NCBI RefSeq assembly: GCF_006345805.1
Contig: NW_021826662.1
Coordinates: forward strand, 1-12,354
DNA from: Octopus sinensis
Taxonomy: Eukaryota
Reading direction: 5' to 3'
DNA: 12,354 bases
The notes beneath the pieces were generated by a model. The model did not search any database. It saw only the letters and a program-made list of their open reading frames with translations, and was not told where the DNA came from. The first letter of the stretch is position 1; each line of letters opens with the position of its first letter. The translations under genes were made by a program, and so were the position numbers. Positions 8,474 to 12,354 of this stretch are shown here, in pieces.

Positions 8474-8506
8474 GTGAGCTATTTACACACACACACACAC
8501 ATATAT

Positions 8507-8844
8507 GTAAAGGGTAAAGACCCCCTTCGGTCATGAATGACCATGGGATTGCACCTAGAAAGTTACCCTCCTAGACACAAGTCCGGGCAAGGTTGTTTAT
8601 GGAAGGCTAGCAGTCGCCCGTGCATACCAGCCTCCCCTCTCCAATGCCACCGATGTTATCCAAGGGAAAGACAAAGGTCGATACAGCTTGGCACCTGTGA
8701 CGTCGCAACTCATTTCAACAGCTGAGTGAACTGGAGCAACGTGAAATAAATTGCCTTGCTCGAGAACACAACACGCAGCCCGGTCCGGGATTCGAGCTCA
8801 CAACCTCACGATCGTAAGCTCGACGCTCTAACCACTGAGCCATG
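8507..8844 (-). mobile_element. tRNA-SINE family B2 (head shared with B1, different tail)
   Basis: Reverse complement: catggctcagtggttagagcg..gagctcgaatccc..ttatttcacgttgctccagttcactcagctg..aaatgagttg, then an unrelated 3' half ending ggtctttaccctttac. Confidence 0.85.
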
Positions 8845-8877
8845 TACACATACATAAAATATACAGATATACGTACT

Positions 8878-9095
8878 GTGCCGGTGGCACGTAAAAAGCA
8901 CTATTTAAGGATGATTGTTGCCAGCATCGCCTTAGCGGCACATGTGCCAGTGGCACATGACAGATAACACTTGAGCGAGGTCGTTGCCAGTGCTGCCAGA
9001 CTGGCTCTCATGCAGGTAGCACGTAAGAAACACCTTTTGAGTGTGGTCATTGCCAGAACCGCTTGACTGGCCCTTGTCCCAGTGGCACATAAAAA
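8878..9095 (+). repeat. 66-bp tandem array (about 3.3 units) from the family D body, with palindromic core GTGCC-GGT-GGCAC
   Basis: Cores at 8878, 8944, 9010 and 9076; reverse complement of the motif at 7763-7830. Confidence 0.75.
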
Positions 9096-9215
9096 CTGTT
9101 TATATACTCAACAAATGCAGCAGTTACTCTATGAAGGGGTCCCTAATATGCATACCAAAAGTGTTTAACACTCTATAAATACCAGCAGCCTGTCAACAGG
9201 TATCTTAGTCCACAC
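9096..9215 (-). repeat. Inverted copy of 7357-7476
   Basis: Ungapped alignment, 105/120 identical. Confidence 0.92.
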
Positions 9216-9386
9216 AGTATCAAGGTATGATATAATAAATATGTAACAAGTGGTATAATTATAAGCAGGGCGAATTTTACCCTTTTCTCTGCAAACTGAA
9301 AAAATGCTGAATAACTTTAATCAATTTTCGAACCTTATTGAGTTACATCAGAAAACCTATATATATATATTATATATATATATATA

Positions 9387-9572
9387 CTTTATTTAAAGCA
9401 GCAGAAAAATTCAACAAAACTGTTATCTGAGCAAAAAACTGTCCGATGAACGGCAACGGGGAAACTCAGAGTAGTAACAGGTTTTGTTGAATTTTCTGCT
9501 GCTTTAAGTAAAGCAATTTACTCTACCACTGGTATTTGAGTACTCTTTTTCCACCTGTTTCACATTATGTGT
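9387..9572 (+). mobile_element. Penelope-like remnant with inverted partial duplication (arms 9387-9431 and 9465-9513)
   Basis: Arms of about 45-49 bp are nearly perfect reverse complements; a hammerhead-shaped motif lies between them and overlaps the right arm. Confidence 0.55.
9439..9480 (+). ncRNA. Degenerate minimal type I hammerhead-like motif (U4C variant, 3-nt insertion at the cleavage site)
   Basis: Stem I CTGT/ACAG; core CCGATGA at 9443-9449; stem II aCG-GCAA-CGg; GAAA at 9461-9464; stem III CTC-a-GAG; TA at 9472-9473; extra GTA before stem I. Confidence 0.5.
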
Positions 9573-9596
9573 TTACTCCGGGTAATATATATATAT

Positions 9597-9912
9597 ATCA
9601 CCGTGACCACCGTGACCGACCAGGCTATCAGATGTTGCTACACATCGCTGGTCACAATGCACTTCGCATTGTTTTAGCCTTCAAATGACGCCACCCCGCT
9701 GGCTAAACAAGCAGGCCAACAGAAGAAAGAGTGAGAGAAAGTTGTGGCGAAGGAGTACAGCAAGAGATCGCCACCATCCCCTGCCGGAGCCTGGTTGAGA
9801 TTTATAGGTGTTTTCACTCAATAAACACTCACAATGCCCAGTCTGGGAATCGAAACCGCGATCTTATAACCGCGAGTCCACTGCCCTAACAACTGGGCCA
9901 TTGCGCCTCCAC
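9597..9912 (-). mobile_element. tRNA-SINE family E
   Basis: Reverse complement head gtggaggcgcaaTGGCCCAGTTGttagggcag..GGTTTCGATTCCC; tail with a hairpin and repeated GGTCAC. Confidence 0.8.
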
Positions 9913-9914
9913 AT

Positions 9915-9948
<34 letters not shown>

Positions 9949-9959
9949 GTATATATATA

Positions 9960-10375
9960 GGTGCAGGAGTGGCTGTGTGGTAAATAGCTTGTTTACCAAC
10001 CACATGGTTCCGGGTTCAGTCCCACTGCATGGCACCTTGGGCAAGTGTCTTCTTCTATAGCCTCCGGCCGATCAGAGCCTTGTGAGTGGATTTGGTAGAC
10101 GGAAACTGAAAGAAGCCCGTCGTATATATGTATATATATATATATATGTGTGTGCATGTTTGTGTATCTGTGTTTGTCCCCCTAGCATTGCTTGACAACT
10201 GATGCTGGTGTGTTTATGTCCCCGTCACTTAGCAGTTCGGCAAAAGAGACCGATAGAATAAGTACTGGGCTTACAAAGAATAAGTCCCGGGGTCGATTTG
10301 CTCGATTAAAGGCGGTGCTCCAGCTTGGCCGCAGTCAAATGACTGAAGCAAGTAAAAGAGTAAAAGAGTAAAGAG
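9960..10375 (+). mobile_element. Full-length tRNA-SINE family A with central (TA)/(TG) microsatellite
   Basis: A box TGGCTGTGTGG, B box GGTTCAGTCCC, CORE-like CCTTGGGCAAGTGTCTT, tail (GTAAAAGA)n. Confidence 0.9.
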
Positions 10376-10589
10376 TATATAGGTTTGGTGGAACAAACAA
10401 TAAAAAGAACTCAATACATGTGAATATTTTTTTTTTGTATTATTTTTAATCAGTAGAAGTTAGAAATTACTTCAAGGGCCAAGATTTTCATGTATGGTTC
10501 TTATCAAATTAAACTCTTACCTCTTGGGATTATCTCCCCTTCTCAAGAGGAGCTGGTCTTAATGGCTATCTGGTTATTATGATACATCT

Positions 10590-10724
10590 TCTAGATGCAC
10601 ACACAGTCACATAGTCCTGGGTTCAATCCAGCTTACAGTACCACAAGCAAAAGCCTTCTACTATAGCTCCAGGCTGATCTTGAATCTGGAAACTGAAAGA
10701 AGCTTGTGGGTGTGTGTGTGTATA
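10590..10724 (+). mobile_element. Degenerate 5' half of SINE family A
   Basis: ctgggttcaatcc..ttctactatagc..ggaaactgaaagaagc followed by (TG)n. Confidence 0.6.
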
Positions 10725-11234
10725 TCTATATATATAAAACTGTAGTTGTGTGAGTGTCTGTCCCCCTTCGATTTAGATTCCTAACTACTCCCACATTTTG
10801 CGGTGCAGTTTAACCAAAACCAGGTATCTTATAGTTGTGATTCATATCGAGCCCGTCTGGCTATAAGCGCGGTCTACGATGAGTCTACGATTTTAAAAAT
10901 AATTTAACATCATTTTTTATTCCATTTTAATGCATAATTTTTGTGTGTCGATGGCGGCGGAGTTGGTGTCCATGGTCACACCTGCACCTGTTTGCTTCTC
11001 CCCCTTCTTCCCTCCATCGTGAAGCTGTGGGGAAGGGAGTGTAAGAAATTCAACGTCGTAAAGCATGTCAAGGAGACCAGCGTTCTTTTAGAACAACAAC
11101 TTCATGGCTTGAAGACACCAAAACAGAAATGGCTAAGAAAAAGCCCGAATTGGCATCTATAAGGGAAGTAACTCTAAAAATGCTTATATAGTTATTTCCC
11201 TTAGAAACCGAGCAACGCCGGGCGATACTGCTAG
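10725..11234 (+). mobile_element. Complete non-autonomous Helitron, 510 bp
   Basis: A|TC 5' end (TCTATATATATAAAAC); 3' hairpin CCG(A)GC-AAC-GCCGG at 11208-11221, then CTAG at 11231-11234 followed by T; no TSD. Confidence 0.87.
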
Positions 11235-11373
11235 TCTTATATATAAAAGTCAAGTTGTGTGTCTGGGTCCTTCGATTTAGATTCCTAACTACTCCCACAT
11301 TTTGCGGTGCAGATAACCAAATATAGTTTAACCGGGTATCTTATAGTCGTGATTCATAATCGAGCCCTTCTGG
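11235..11373 (+). mobile_element. 5' portion of a second, related Helitron
   Basis: TCTTATATATAAAAG start; 44-bp block identical to the first element; truncated by fusion to a SINE C fragment. Confidence 0.82.
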
Positions 11374-11511
11374 TCACACTTTGCCTTTCATCTCTCGCGG
11401 TCGATAAATTAAGTACCAGTTTCGCACTGGGGTCGATATAATCGGCTTAATCCGTTTATCTGTCCTTGTTTGTCCCCTGATGTTTAGCCCATTGTGGGTA
11501 ATAGAGAAATA
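11372..11511 (+). mobile_element. 5'-truncated SINE family C
   Basis: Colinear with 1518-1648. Confidence 0.78.
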
Positions 11512-11521
11512 TATAAATACA

Positions 11522-11559
<38 letters not shown>

Positions 11560-12076
11560 TAACAAATGATAGAGATGGAAAATGAAATAATGAGAAATTT
11601 TATTGCTCACAACCATCGTTTCGAACCATCCGGCGATCCCTGGCAGGTGAGATGCGGTACGTGTTTTTGCAGTGTTGGTCCCTCTGTGCCGACACATCTC
11701 CTCAGGTGATGTTATAAGGGCTATCTCGTTAAATAAACTCTGTTGTGCTCGGTTTTAGCTCAGCCATTTGTAGTAACAGTATGTGTTATCAAGTGTGTAA
11801 GTGACAGCATGATTATGCCTCATGGCAAGTTTATTTACAAGATACCCTTTATACATCACTTGAGGAGACGTTCTGCATTGGGGCATGCACCGTAACCAGT
11901 TGTACGGTTATCCCACCTGCAAAGGATGGATGCAAATATTCTGTTTTCTGTCTCTGTGATTTGTTATATTCTCAACAAAACACTGAGCAATTCCTGAGCT
12001 AGATCCAACAGCAATTGTGTAAATACCATGGATAATGTCATGTAGCTATAGGCAGTGAACATACTCAACACTTAAA

Positions 12077-12354
12077 TCTCTCTATATATAAAAGGCAGAG
12101 TTTGTCTGTGTGTGTTTCTGTGTGTCTTGTTAGTTGTACCCTCACCCTGACCACGGCTTTCAACCGTTCTGATGAAACTGACACACACATAGCCCAATGT
12201 CATAATTCAAAACTAACGCAGCGAAAATTTTGAAAAAAAGTTCCCCAGTTCTGAAAAAAATCGATAAATTCGACAGGGGTCGAGAATCAGAAACACACAA
12301 ACACAGACTGTCTAGGGGACGCAAACTCGACCTTTTTAACTAAAAAAAAAAATT
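12077..12354 (+). mobile_element. Helitron-like element, 5' end (runs off the window)
   Basis: A|TCTCTCTATATATAAAAGGCAGAGTTTGTCTGTGTGTG: TC start, TATATAAAA motif and TG/TCTG microsatellite, as in the other copies. Confidence 0.65.

Noticed and set aside
7724-8536. 270-aa ORF, the longest in the track
   Set aside because: Read-through of family D and CA-rich intron; only 8300-8473 is bounded by splice sites and tetraspanin-like.
8878-9095. CRISPR-like look: palindromic repeats with ~42-bp spacers
   Set aside because: Spacers are homologous to each other, the host is eukaryotic and there are no cas genes; it is a diverged tandem repeat.
7357-9215. Inverted pair read as TIRs of a large DNA transposon that captured the exon
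   Set aside because: No TSD at the outer ends, and the exon is colinear and in frame with the upstream host exon.
11590-12070. Possible next tetraspanin exon in apparently unique sequence with splice-like sites
   Set aside because: No phase-0 frame containing the required CCG motif shortly after an AG; TGTTGTGCT near 11741 hits a stop three codons later.
12167-12180. CTGATGA followed by AAC
   Set aside because: No stem II or downstream GAAA at the right spacing; part of the Helitron 5' region.

Overview
AT-rich, repeat-dense eukaryotic genomic DNA. The microsatellite and tRNA-SINE landscape looks like a coleoid cephalopod, probably Octopus (inferred from pattern recognition, not searched). 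The only host coding sequence I can support is two internal, phase-0/0 exons of a TspanC8-type tetraspanin on the + strand (2795-2995 and 8300-8473). Its first exon and the CCG-containing exon were not found in the window. The rest is intronic and holds at least five tRNA-SINE or SINE-like families, CR1 and RTE LINE fossils, piggyBac-type (TTAA) and Tc1/mariner-type (TA) MITEs, four Helitron 5' ends (one complete element), and long (TA)n and (CA)n tracts. Most track ORFs are microsatellite or LINE artefacts. The most notable unexplained structure surrounds the second exon. It is bracketed by an ungapped 120-bp inverted repeat pair and by two different, degenerate, sense-strand minimal type I hammerhead ribozyme motifs of Penelope type, and its acceptor is preceded by a duplicated YCAY/CA-rich block. 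Also present: an A-B-A' templated duplication, a CTAG|TC Helitron head-to-tail junction, and a Helitron end abutting a splice acceptor that creates an in-frame alternative AG. All identity figures are manual counts.
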